Source: Candidatus Thorarchaeota archaeon | Lineage (GTDB): Archaea > Asgardarchaeota > Thorarchaeia > Thorarchaeales > Thorarchaeaceae | Length of the DNA: 24,464 nucleotides | Reading direction: 5' to 3' | Assembly (NCBI GenBank): GCA_003345595.1 | Contig: PRDI01000076.1 | Location: 1 to 24,464 of the forward strand | Shown here: piece by piece, positions 7,090-16,115 of the stretch | Position numbering within the stretch: position 1 is the stretch's first letter | Layout of the letters: every line of letters starts with the position of its first letter | The notes under the pieces: generated by a model | What the model saw: the letters and a program-made list of their open reading frames with translations, nothing else | What the model was told of the DNA's origin: nothing | Database searches by the model: none | Program-made: the position numbers and the translations under genes

Positions 7090-8211
7090 TCACATCTTGA
7101 CCTTTGGGTGCAAATGATATGATGCCATGACGATTTCGGGAAGGTCGAGGACTGTCAATCCTTCCGCATCTTGTGAGGCAAGCATGTTCTTACAGAAAGG
7201 ACACGAAGTGACCAAATATGCTGCACCGACATTTCGGGCTTGTTGTACACGGGCCTTCCCTATCACTCGGGCCTGCTCTTCGAAGAGCATTCTCATGCCA
7301 GCACCATTACCACAGCACATCGCGTTCTCCCTGTTTCGCTGCATCTCGACTACCTTGCCACCAGAGATCTTGTTGAGAACTCTCCTGGGAGGATCATAAA
7401 TCCCACAATGCCTTCCTAGGTGGCAAGGATCGTGAAATGTGACGAGACCCCCAAAGTCAGCTGTTTTGAGTTCGTCCAGATGCCGCTCAAGAAGCTGGCT
7501 GATGTGGATGACGGGCCTTGCGAGCTGAACACCATTCTCCGGATAGTCACGTGAGAGTGCTCTATAACAACCCGGACATGTGACTACTATCTCTTGGGCA
7601 TCCTGTTTGTTGAGCACATCAGCATTATGGCGGGCCTCTTCGAGCCCCTGATTTCTGAAGCCCGTCCTGAAAAGGGGCGAACCACAACACCATTCATCGT
7701 TCATGATACTTACTCCGTAGCCGAGCTTGGTCAGCAGAGAAGCAGTGCTCTGAGCTATGCCGTTCTCTCGATACGCGGCGGTGCAGCCGCTGAAGTATAC
7801 AATCTTCTTGCCCACATTCTTGGCTGGGGTGAACCACTTGCTCCTCTTGCTGTGCAGTTCTCCGAAGGGATTATGATTGGTCGCTATCATGGAAGAGATC
7901 TTGTCTAGACCTTGAGGATACCGCTGCTGTTCCACTAGCCTCGTTCTCGTGTCCTCTACTATTGCCGCAACGTCCACCTGAGGAAGACACCACACTAGGC
8001 ATTGTGAACACTCCAGACACTGGTACAGCACCTCGATAGCTCTCTCGTCCAGATTGCGAGTGCCATTCATTTCCTGATACACAAGCAGTGAGCGGCTATG
8101 AGGAGTAGGAGAATCAGACCGCCACGCCAGAAAGGTAGGACACATGTGACGACACATCTTGGGGCAGGCAGCACAAAGGCGGAGCTGCTCAGCAGTCTTT
8201 GCCTGATCCAT
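7090..8211 (-). CDS. Fe-S oxidoreductase with 2x[4Fe-4S] and two CCG domains (GlcF/GlpC/HdrD-like)
   Basis: It has CAACPKMCRHMCP and CLECSQCLVWC, followed by FSGC..CCG..TCPGC and HDPCH..CCG..SCPFC. Its start overlaps the upstream stop (TAATG). Confidence 0.9.
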   Translation of the reverse strand: MDQAKTAEQLRLCAACPKMCRHMCPTFLAWRSDSPTPHSRSLLVYQEMNGTRNLDERAIEVLYQCLECSQCLVWCLPQVDVAAIVEDTRTRLVEQQRYPQGLDKISSMIATNHNPFGELHSKRSKWFTPAKNVGKKIVYFSGCTAAYRENGIAQSTASLLTKLGYGVSIMNDEWCCGSPLFRTGFRNQGLEEARHNADVLNKQDAQEIVVTCPGCYRALSRDYPENGVQLARPVIHISQLLERHLDELKTADFGGLVTFHDPCHLGRHCGIYDPPRRVLNKISGGKVVEMQRNRENAMCCGNGAGMRMLFEEQARVIGKARVQQARNVGAAYLVTSCPFCKNMLASQDAEGLTVLDLPEIVMASYHLHPKVKM

Positions 8212-9638
8212 TAGCTTCGTCCTCCCATCCCAAGCTTGCCCGGGTTCATTATGCCATTCGGATCGAGCACCTCTTTGATTTGCCTAAGAACCTGAAAGCC
8301 CGATCCCCATTCTGCTTCTGTGTAGGTGCTCCTTGTAGTTCCAACACCATGCTGGTGACTCATTGTGCCGCCCATTCTGAGGCAGGCTGCCACACCATCA
8401 TCCCAGATCCCCTTGTAGGCGGACCATGCACTACTCGCATCTTCCTTGGAAACGAAGAAGATCATGTAGATGCTGCCTCCATTTGGATACATGTGAGAGA
8501 AGTGTGACATGACGACGGCGTCATGCGCCTCCATGGCTTTCTTCATCTCATGGTAGACATTCTCAAGCTTGTCGTAGGTCGCAACGATGTCGATGGTGTC
8601 GCCTACAGAATACCCCGAAGTGGCAAACTTCGTCGGGTAGTACATGTCGTATCTGTGTTCCCACCAGTACCTTGACGGACCCTCACCATAGTCTTTGGCC
8701 CCATTCTTCAGGCAGATTTCTGCTGCAATACTCTCCTCAACCGCAACTTTTTCAGCTCGACCGTCGAACGCGAGCATGAGCATGCAGCTTCCCTCCTCCA
8801 CGTCGAAGTGCGAACTAACGTGCAAGGCGGTGTCTTCAGGGTCATACAGCCGCACTACTGACGGAAGTACGCCTTCGCGAAAGATGAGTCTGATGGCCTC
8901 GAGGCCGCTGTGGACGTCAGGAAAGGACATGCTTCTGAAGCGTCTCTCCTTTGGCAACGGAAAAAGGCGCAAGGTGGCCTCAGTGATCACGCACAGTGTT
9001 CCCTCAGAACCTATGAACAGCTGCTTCAGGTCTGGGCCAACCGAGTGTCGAGGTACAGCCTTGCACCGTATGACAGATCCATCTGCCAAGACGACCTCTA
9101 GCCCCAAGGTAAGGTCTTCGATCTTGCCATAGAGAGATGACATGGAGCCCCCAGATCGCGTTGCAATAAAGCCACCCACATTCGACGCTCTTAGCGACGT
9201 CGGCGTATGCCCGGTCGTGTACCCCTGTCTGTTCACTTCCTCCTCGAGGTCTATTCCCACGACTCCCGCCTGCACTTGTACGAGCATGGACTGATTGTCA
9301 ATCAGGATGACCTTGTCCATCCGTTTGAGGTCGAGCTGGATACCACCATAGACGGGAAGAGTGCCCCCACAGGTCCCTGCACCGCCTCCGACTGGGACAA
9401 CAGGCACCCTGAGCTCATTGGCTAGCTTGAGAACTTTAGAAACCTCTTCCGTGGACGCAGGAAACACAATCAGGTCAGCCAGCGGCAGAGACTCTCCGGC
9501 CCTGATCTTTGCTTCGCTCAGTGGGTTTGCATCATGAGCGTTCAGGATGGCATCTGTTTCATTCACGGTAACATGGTCAGAACCAACAACAGTCCTGATA
9601 CGCTCTAGAAGAACACTCTTCGTCTTTGAGTCTAACAT
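8211..9638 (-). CDS. FAD-linked oxidoreductase of the VAO/PCMH family, alkylglycerone-phosphate synthase (AGPS)-like
   Basis: It has PVGGGAGTCGG, GHTPTS..SNVGGFIATRSGG..S..YGKIEDL, GPDLKQLFIGSEGTLCVITEA, VVRLYD, HFSHMYPNGGSIY, GGTMSHQHGVG and LDPNGIMNPGK. The start is set at ATG 9638, 8 nt after GAGGTGA. Confidence 0.85.
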   Translation of the reverse strand: MLDSKTKSVLLERIRTVVGSDHVTVNETDAILNAHDANPLSEAKIRAGESLPLADLIVFPASTEEVSKVLKLANELRVPVVPVGGGAGTCGGTLPVYGGIQLDLKRMDKVILIDNQSMLVQVQAGVVGIDLEEEVNRQGYTTGHTPTSLRASNVGGFIATRSGGSMSSLYGKIEDLTLGLEVVLADGSVIRCKAVPRHSVGPDLKQLFIGSEGTLCVITEATLRLFPLPKERRFRSMSFPDVHSGLEAIRLIFREGVLPSVVRLYDPEDTALHVSSHFDVEEGSCMLMLAFDGRAEKVAVEESIAAEICLKNGAKDYGEGPSRYWWEHRYDMYYPTKFATSGYSVGDTIDIVATYDKLENVYHEMKKAMEAHDAVVMSHFSHMYPNGGSIYMIFFVSKEDASSAWSAYKGIWDDGVAACLRMGGTMSHQHGVGTTRSTYTEAEWGSGFQVLRQIKEVLDPNGIMNPGKLGMGGRS

Positions 9639-9646
9639 GCATGGGT

Positions 9647-10888
9647 TCACCTCTCTTGTGGAAGCCTTTGAGCAATGAACACGGCCAGGTCATCCACCTG
9701 AATGTCGCTACCAGTGTTGAACAGATTGCGCTCAATTTGCGCCGTACAGAGAGGACAAGGGGCCACGAGCCGGTTTGCCTTGGTCGCTGATATCGGACCG
9801 AGGTTGTATGCGACAACCGCATCTGCTACATCTCTTGAGTGGTATCCGACCATTCCTCCACCTCCGCAACATGAATCTGCCACTCCAGAGGGGACAACAG
9901 TCACATTCGGAATCAGGTTCAGGACTGCGATGACATGGTCCGAGATCTGGCGCGAAGTATGGCGTATCAAATGGCACGGATCGTGAATCGTTGTCAAGAC
10001 TTCACCAGCCCGACTACCCTCAGTGAACGCTTCAGAGAGCCGTTCAAGCCCAATCTCCTCGGCCAGGAACTCAATCAAATGATACACTGGTACTCCCCAG
10101 TTGTCTCGGACGCTCATGTCAGACAGGTTCGAGGTGCATCCAGCACAGGTCGTGACAATCTTCTTGACACCGAGCAGATTCACCTTCTCTCTCAGGCGCG
10201 CGGCAAGCGACCTTGAGGTTTCGTCATCACCTATAAGTCTGGAAGGAAGACCGCAGCAGCTCATCTCTTCGAGCAGAGTGAAGTCAACTCCAAAGTAGTT
10301 CAGAATGAACTTGGCAGCCTCCTTGACTTCTTGAGCACGCTCTTCCGCTTGGCAGCCGGGGTAGAACAGGACCTCAGCTCCTTTTACAGTACGATCTTTG
10401 ATGAAGGGTAAGCCCGCTGCCTGAAGCCTTGCGTCGCGGCTCTCAGTCTTCTCATTCGGGTCTTCCCATGGTTCGAACGCAAGAGAGTACTTGGCAATGG
10501 TTTCACGAACAGCCCGAAGTCCTCTTGGCACAAGATCTGGCCTCTGCTTGAAAATCCGCGCGCGAACCATATTGACAATGTCAGGCATATTCACATTGAA
10601 GGGGCACACCTCGCGGCAAGTGCCGCAACTAGTACAGAGATAGACCTTATCTGCCGTGGACCAAAAGTCAGGCGGAGAACGGCTTAGCTCGACTGCAATG
10701 CTACGTGGACCACTGAACCTGTCAACGCCCACTGCCCTGACCACAGGACAGTGATTGAGGCACAAGCCACAGTTCACACATTTCTCCGCCGAACGTACGA
10801 CCTCAAGCTCATCAGTCTTGAATGGGATAATCCGCTCCTGCTCAAGAGTCGCACTCACTGTTCTGTATGCTTCTTCTTCGCTCATCAT
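9647..10888 (-). CDS. glpC: Anaerobic glycerol-3-phosphate dehydrogenase subunit C-like Fe-S/CCG protein
   Basis: It has CVNCGLCLNHCP and CTSCGTCREVCP plus two CCG domains. It lies directly after glpB with an ATGA overlap. Confidence 0.8.
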   Translation of the reverse strand: MMSEEEAYRTVSATLEQERIIPFKTDELEVVRSAEKCVNCGLCLNHCPVVRAVGVDRFSGPRSIAVELSRSPPDFWSTADKVYLCTSCGTCREVCPFNVNMPDIVNMVRARIFKQRPDLVPRGLRAVRETIAKYSLAFEPWEDPNEKTESRDARLQAAGLPFIKDRTVKGAEVLFYPGCQAEERAQEVKEAAKFILNYFGVDFTLLEEMSCCGLPSRLIGDDETSRSLAARLREKVNLLGVKKIVTTCAGCTSNLSDMSVRDNWGVPVYHLIEFLAEEIGLERLSEAFTEGSRAGEVLTTIHDPCHLIRHTSRQISDHVIAVLNLIPNVTVVPSGVADSCCGGGGMVGYHSRDVADAVVAYNLGPISATKANRLVAPCPLCTAQIERNLFNTGSDIQVDDLAVFIAQRLPQER

Positions 10889-12252
10889 TGCACCCCCTTT
10901 ACGTAGGCGGCGGCGTTCGCTCCAGCCGCGAAGCCTGTGGCAAGTGCCACTCCTAGTCCACTCTTCTCGACTGCGTAGTTGTAGCCCGCCAGAACAGACC
11001 CGGCAGCAAACAGATTCTGGGCAATCGGGCTGCCGTCGGCAGCCACGGGGTGAAAACTGGAGTCAAATGCAAGGCCAACCCCAAAAAGCGGATGGCCTTC
11101 TGGACTCAGTGGTATCACACCCGTAAGACGCTGCGGCCTGGAATCACCTGTTGGAATCAAATCACTGTCCACAATGGGCAGACCCATGAGCGACTCGCGA
11201 ACACCCCTCTCATCACCAACCAGTCCTCCTGCAAGAAACTTCCCAGATGCGAGGACCACTGCAGTTGACCTTATCTCTATCGTCCGTCTGGGCGCTCTTG
11301 CGGCGATAACCTGAACCAAGTCGCCGGCCTGACGAACTTCTGTGGCTTCATGGCCTGCTAGCAATCTGCCATCAGCCTTTCTGAAAACGGCTTCAAGGCT
11401 GGTCTGCAGCCTCAACCCCGGTACGGAAGGTGGAAATGCCGTTAGCTCAAAAACGGTGGCACCGGTCATCTCCTCAAGCTGTCTACGATTCTCTCTTGCA
11501 CGCTCCACCCCCAAGATGGGTGGTACTGCGACATAGTCTGCCCCTGTCTTGAGGACTTGACCCCCAATGGAATTTGCTAGTGCCGACAAGCCAGCATCAT
11601 GGTCAACAAACTGTGCTATCTCAATCTGGGATAGGTTGAACGGTTTGCCAGACGAGGAAACATCGAGAATGCAGCTGACTGCCTTCCTCGGTCCCTCTTC
11701 TCCGTAAGGTCTGTTGGCCATGAATGCTTTGACTGCCGATGAAGGATTGAAGTCTGGCAGCCCCCGAAGACCTGCGAAGAGGATGACACTATCATGACTC
11801 GGCGGGGTGTCGTTCCACATGGTTTCCTGGATGAGACACGTAGGCTTGGACGTCCCAAGGAGGCTGACTGCCTGGATGTTCTCCTCAAGATCACCCTTCA
11901 GGGCTCCACACGAACCACTCGACTTGTCTTTGAGCCATTGTACAGAGCTGTGCACACGGGACACAACCCGGCCGGGGTCGGAAGGAACACCTTCCTGCGA
12001 ACGACCAAGAGCGGAATACGGATGGAATGGACACATTGCACTGAGAGCATGTAGACCCTCGACAGGGTTCATGAGATACGCGGTGGCCCCGGGCACATAC
12101 CCGATGATGTCAATCGCACCTGATGATTGCGCCGTAGCTCCATGACCCTTTCTCAGCAAGACAACATCTAAACCAGCCTCGGCAGCGACCGAACCTGCAA
12201 CAAGACCTGCCATACCACCTCCGATGACAACCAAGTCAGTTTCGATGTCCAT
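10885..12252 (-). CDS. glpB: Anaerobic glycerol-3-phosphate dehydrogenase subunit B
   Basis: It has VIGGGMAG, SSGAID, FELTAFPPSVPGLRLQ, LASGKFLAGGL, NLFAAGSVLAGY and SGLGVALATG. The ATG abuts the glpA stop. Confidence 0.92.
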   Translation of the reverse strand: MDIETDLVVIGGGMAGLVAGSVAAEAGLDVVLLRKGHGATAQSSGAIDIIGYVPGATAYLMNPVEGLHALSAMCPFHPYSALGRSQEGVPSDPGRVVSRVHSSVQWLKDKSSGSCGALKGDLEENIQAVSLLGTSKPTCLIQETMWNDTPPSHDSVILFAGLRGLPDFNPSSAVKAFMANRPYGEEGPRKAVSCILDVSSSGKPFNLSQIEIAQFVDHDAGLSALANSIGGQVLKTGADYVAVPPILGVERARENRRQLEEMTGATVFELTAFPPSVPGLRLQTSLEAVFRKADGRLLAGHEATEVRQAGDLVQVIAARAPRRTIEIRSTAVVLASGKFLAGGLVGDERGVRESLMGLPIVDSDLIPTGDSRPQRLTGVIPLSPEGHPLFGVGLAFDSSFHPVAADGSPIAQNLFAAGSVLAGYNYAVEKSGLGVALATGFAAGANAAAYVKGVQ

Positions 12253-13911
12253 CTATGCCGCCTCCTCCCACGGCTTCAGTTCATAGGGTAGGTCAGTATG
12301 GTCTAGATTGGCCACACAAGCATAGAGCCCTTGTGTCAATTCCTCTTGGCCAAGCTGTCCTCCTCTCATGGGTGGGCGCTTGCCCTTCCAACGCTCTGCC
12401 AAGAAGTCAATCATCTCAAGCTGATATTGCTCACCGCTTAAGTCAAGTTCCTCAGCCAATACGGCAGCAGCCTTGAAGGTGCAGAATGTTCCTTGGCACG
12501 GACCTGTGCCAAGCCTTACCCGGCGTCTAAGGTCGCCGATGGTCTGCGGAAACTCATTCCGGATAGCATATCTCAATTCGGCTTCAATGACCGGTTCGCA
12601 CGTGCAGATAGTGGACTTCCATTCGGGATGTTCCTTCGTGAGAGCCAAGACCGCAGAAGTTTCGGTGCCTCTCCTAGCTCTGAGCCTCTCGACAGCGTGC
12701 TGCGACAAGCCGTATTCAGCTGCAAGCGCCAGTACATCGACATCAGCCCCATTTCCGGGCAATGAATCAAGATGCGTTCTACAGACGGTTTCCCTTCCAA
12801 GCTTCTTCGACACAAGATTGGTTACTGCCTCCGCCATGTGCCTGCACATCACGAGCTTGCCCCCTGTGAAGCTGATCAGACCATCTACTCCGTCCTTCTC
12901 ATGGTCTATGATTCGGTATCCCCTAGTCACCTTGTCTTCAGACCTCTTCCATTCTGGAACGAGAGGTCTTACACCTTCCATTGTCCGGATTATCCTCGCC
13001 TGCCGGATAGAAGGCACGACCCATTCCATGCTCTTCAGTAGATACTCAATTTCGTCATGACTCGCGACAATCACATCTGGGTCTTCCCAAGTGTCGAGAG
13101 CGGTTGTACCCAAGAGTGTCGTGTTCTCATGTGGATAGAGGTAGATCCAACGACCGTCAGCTGCTTTTGATGAAATCCCAACGTTAACGATTCTTCGGTC
13201 CAGGATGACATGGGCGCCCTTGTTCAAACGGAGATCCAGTGGAGCTCCAGCCATTGCAGCAACCTTTCCGGCCCACGGACCGCCAGCATTCACAATCAGT
13301 TTCCCGTCGGCGCACTCAACCTGTCTGGTGGCTCTGTTATAGAAAGTCACACGCTTGGCAGGTTTGGTAGCTTCTATGCCTGTTACTTCGCAGTAGGTCT
13401 TGATTGTGGCGCCATGTTGCTTGGCGTCAATGGCCTGAAGCAAGCAGAGACGGAAGGGGTCGATGAAGTACTCCTCGTAGTACAAGCAGGCTGCCATGTC
13501 AGGATTCAGTGATGGTTCGATACTGAGTGACTGCTCCGGAGAGAGAAACATGACCGGAGGAACACCTCGCTCTTTCGCACGCTTCGCGTATTCATCTGTG
13601 AAACTGCTGGCTTCTCCTCCACGAGTCAACTCCTCTAGCTCAGAGAACGGCATCAGAATCGGATCCTTCATGATTATGTGGCGGGCAATCCTGCGGAAGT
13701 AGACGACCTCCTGTGAACACATGTCCATTATGTCGGGCTCATCGTAGTACTTGAAGCCCGAAGAGATCATACCTGCGCAAGTGCCCACCGTGGCTGACGC
13801 AATGTCATCTCTCTCCAGAAGGAGCGTCTTCAGCCCACGTAGGGCACAGTCCCGAGCCACGGCAGTACCGGTGCTGCCGCCACCAATCACAATGACATCA
13901 TAGTCGGTCAT
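12253..13911 (-). CDS. glpA: Anaerobic glycerol-3-phosphate dehydrogenase subunit A-like flavoprotein with C-terminal BFD-like [2Fe-2S] domain
   Basis: It has DVIVIGGGSTG..ARDCALRGL, IDPFRL, VNAGGPWA, KGAH, GTT, GVRPL, GGKL..CRHMAE and ICTCE..RLGTGPCQGTFC. The start is reassigned to ATG 13911 (MTDYDV). Confidence 0.88.
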   Translation of the reverse strand: MTDYDVIVIGGGSTGTAVARDCALRGLKTLLLERDDIASATVGTCAGMISSGFKYYDEPDIMDMCSQEVVYFRRIARHIIMKDPILMPFSELEELTRGGEASSFTDEYAKRAKERGVPPVMFLSPEQSLSIEPSLNPDMAACLYYEEYFIDPFRLCLLQAIDAKQHGATIKTYCEVTGIEATKPAKRVTFYNRATRQVECADGKLIVNAGGPWAGKVAAMAGAPLDLRLNKGAHVILDRRIVNVGISSKAADGRWIYLYPHENTTLLGTTALDTWEDPDVIVASHDEIEYLLKSMEWVVPSIRQARIIRTMEGVRPLVPEWKRSEDKVTRGYRIIDHEKDGVDGLISFTGGKLVMCRHMAEAVTNLVSKKLGRETVCRTHLDSLPGNGADVDVLALAAEYGLSQHAVERLRARRGTETSAVLALTKEHPEWKSTICTCEPVIEAELRYAIRNEFPQTIGDLRRRVRLGTGPCQGTFCTFKAAAVLAEELDLSGEQYQLEMIDFLAERWKGKRPPMRGGQLGQEELTQGLYACVANLDHTDLPYELKPWEEAA

Positions 13912-14173
13912 CGAATGTCCAGCTTGCCGATGCGTGGAGCGCTCGGAGATCCGCGGGCGCCCCTCTCGCAGTGCGGCGTATGTAGTGGATATCAAGTCGT
14001 CAATACAAGGGTTTCGGAACGGAGTAGGCTGTTGCCATGAGAGTTGAGAGTCTGGCATCTAGAGTATGGAACGACAACGAAGTTGGCCGCATGCGCTAGA
14101 TAGGTTAAAAGGTTCCTAACCACGAGATGAACTATCAAGCATGAATGACGCCGGCGCCGCCGGAGTGATTGTG

Positions 14174-14470
14174 ATGCCGACATACAATCTTGGTACTCTG
14201 GTCATCGGAAAGCACGATGTCCAGAAGCTGACCGACGCTCTCGAAATCCCCGAACATCGGTTTGAGGACCTTATCGATCTATCACGCAAGGCGTATGAGT
14301 TTGGCGACACGATTAGCCAGTCAATAGAGTACGTGGCTCAGCGAGTCACAGGTTCGGAACTAGTCCTCACGCTTGTGTTCTTCGGTCGCCTGTGGGAAGA
14401 GAGAAAGAAACAGGAAGAAGAGAAGAAGACGACCAAGGAGCATGGAATTCGGCCCTGGACCAAGGACTGA
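14174..14470 (+). CDS. Small hypothetical protein
   Basis: The ORF fills the gap between glpA and the kinase. GGAGTGA precedes ATG 14174. The composition is protein-like and helical with a charged tail. Confidence 0.65.
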   Translation: MPTYNLGTLVIGKHDVQKLTDALEIPEHRFEDLIDLSRKAYEFGDTISQSIEYVAQRVTGSELVLTLVFFGRLWEERKKQEEEKKTTKEHGIRPWTKD

Positions 14471-14566
14471 TTAGGTTTTGTCATTCACAGAAACGTGAGC
14501 AGAGGGCGGTGTAGCCTCCACTTGTAGGATAGGCCACGCATGCTGAAGCCCAGAATCCCGCCTATG

Positions 14567-16024
14567 TTAGCTCGTGAGTTCAAGCAGTGTCGGCATCTCT
14601 GCCATCAGCAGCTTGTTGAATGTCGCGAACTGCTTTTCGTAGATTGCCACGTGTTCTGGTATCGGCTGCCTCCGCTCTTCAACCTGAAACATGTTGTCCA
14701 CGGCCTCACTGTACGTGCTGTACACTCCCGTGCCAACGGCTGCGAGTACGGCCGCTCCTATTGCCGTCGAGTCACGAGACCTAGGCAGCGCAACTGTCTT
14801 GTTTACGCAGTCTGCTTGAATCTGCCTCCATAGTGGGGAGTTCGCACCACCTCCGTCTATCCGAAGCTCACTGAACTTGAGATCGAGCATGCTTTCCATC
14901 ATGTCCACGTACAGTTTGATGCCGTATCCGTTGGCCTCCATTATCGCCCTAGCCACATGAGCCTTGGTATGACTGAAGCTCAAATCATAGAATATGCCCT
15001 TCCCGTACGCCATAAAAGGAAAGATGACTAGGCCATCGCTCCCGGCAGGGACAGAGCTCGCGGATGCCTCAATTACCTCATAGACACTCTTGTTTGTTTC
15101 AGCAGCAATGACAGCTTCGCGCTCACAGTACTGGTCGCGATACCACTTGTAAGCCAGACCTGTTCCAGGTATGACGCCCTCCAGAATCCATTTGCCGGGG
15201 ATAGCAGACGGGTTGCTGAACATGACGTACGGATCATCAATGTGCTCGTCTGTGTGTGTGATGACGAATGTGCCGGTTCCCGTAGTGGCCTTCACTATGC
15301 CAGTCTGAATGGTGCCGGTACCAAGCGCCGAACACTGCTGGTCGCCACTGCCCATAATCACAATCGTGCCCTTTCTCAGCCCTGTGGCCTTAGCAGCCTC
15401 GGGCGAGACTTCACCGATCACGGTCCCCGGGTCTACTATGTCCGCAAGCTTGTCGACAGGAATTCCTGTGGCTTGGCACATCTCATCAGACCACTTCAGA
15501 GTTGCATGATCGATGGGCCCATACCTGGCATTGGCGGGCTCTGTGAACATCTTGCCACAGAGCCGATTGTTGATCAAAGCATCCAAGGTGATGAACTTGT
15601 AAGCCTTCTGGAATAGGTCCGGTTTGTTCTCAATGAACCACATCAGCTTGTTGACTGATTTCCTGGGCCCGATCTGAGAGGCCATTTCCTTGCTCTTTGT
15701 TCCAGATCGATTGTCAACCCACGTCACAGTGGGGGCGAGAGGAAGTCCCTTCCTGTCAACAGGTGTGATACAATCCCGCGTGGTTGCCAGAACACAGGCT
15801 ACCACCGAATTCGCACCCTTAGGGTAGCTGGACAGAGCTCTCTGCATAGTGTTCACCGCAGTCCTCCAGAATGTTTCCGCTAATTGCTCGTGTGTCTTTA
15901 GCTCACGCGGCACTGGAGGATACTCTTCGTATGCCTTACTCACCTCACGACCTTCCTCATCGACAAGGCAAGAACGCGCTCCCGTGGTACCGACATCGAA
16001 GACTGCAAAGATACGCTGGCTCAT
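14567..16024 (-). CDS. FGGY family carbohydrate kinase (glycerol kinase/xylulokinase-like)
   Basis: It has FDVGTTGAR, TTRD, TWVDNR, GSGDQQ, TTGTGTF, RAIMEA, DGGGANS.LWRQIQAD and TAIGAA. ATG 16024 follows an AGGTGA SD. Confidence 0.92.
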   Translation of the reverse strand: MSQRIFAVFDVGTTGARSCLVDEEGREVSKAYEEYPPVPRELKTHEQLAETFWRTAVNTMQRALSSYPKGANSVVACVLATTRDCITPVDRKGLPLAPTVTWVDNRSGTKSKEMASQIGPRKSVNKLMWFIENKPDLFQKAYKFITLDALINNRLCGKMFTEPANARYGPIDHATLKWSDEMCQATGIPVDKLADIVDPGTVIGEVSPEAAKATGLRKGTIVIMGSGDQQCSALGTGTIQTGIVKATTGTGTFVITHTDEHIDDPYVMFSNPSAIPGKWILEGVIPGTGLAYKWYRDQYCEREAVIAAETNKSVYEVIEASASSVPAGSDGLVIFPFMAYGKGIFYDLSFSHTKAHVARAIMEANGYGIKLYVDMMESMLDLKFSELRIDGGGANSPLWRQIQADCVNKTVALPRSRDSTAIGAAVLAAVGTGVYSTYSEAVDNMFQVEERRQPIPEHVAIYEKQFATFNKLLMAEMPTLLELTS

Positions 16025-16115
16025 GATACTCACCTATCGAACAGAGGGGAAGTATGATAGCAAGCCGGAATATGAATCATCCGACGGAGAGAGTTATGAG
16101 ATGGACTGAACATGC

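Noticed and set aside
8211-9638. Calling the flavoprotein GlcD/D-lactate dehydrogenase
   Set aside because: It lacks the HAGDGNxH and GEHG signatures and has AGPS-type motifs instead.
12473-13060. 195-aa plus-strand ORF
   Set aside because: It is an antisense shadow of glpA.
13912-14058. 49-aa N-terminal extension of GlpA
   Set aside because: The Rossmann motif begins right after Met at 13911, and the extension looks like translated intergenic DNA.
14567-16024. Assigning glpK or xylB to the kinase
   Set aside because: Its motifs are intermediate and key GlpK residues and loops differ, so the substrate cannot be fixed from sequence.
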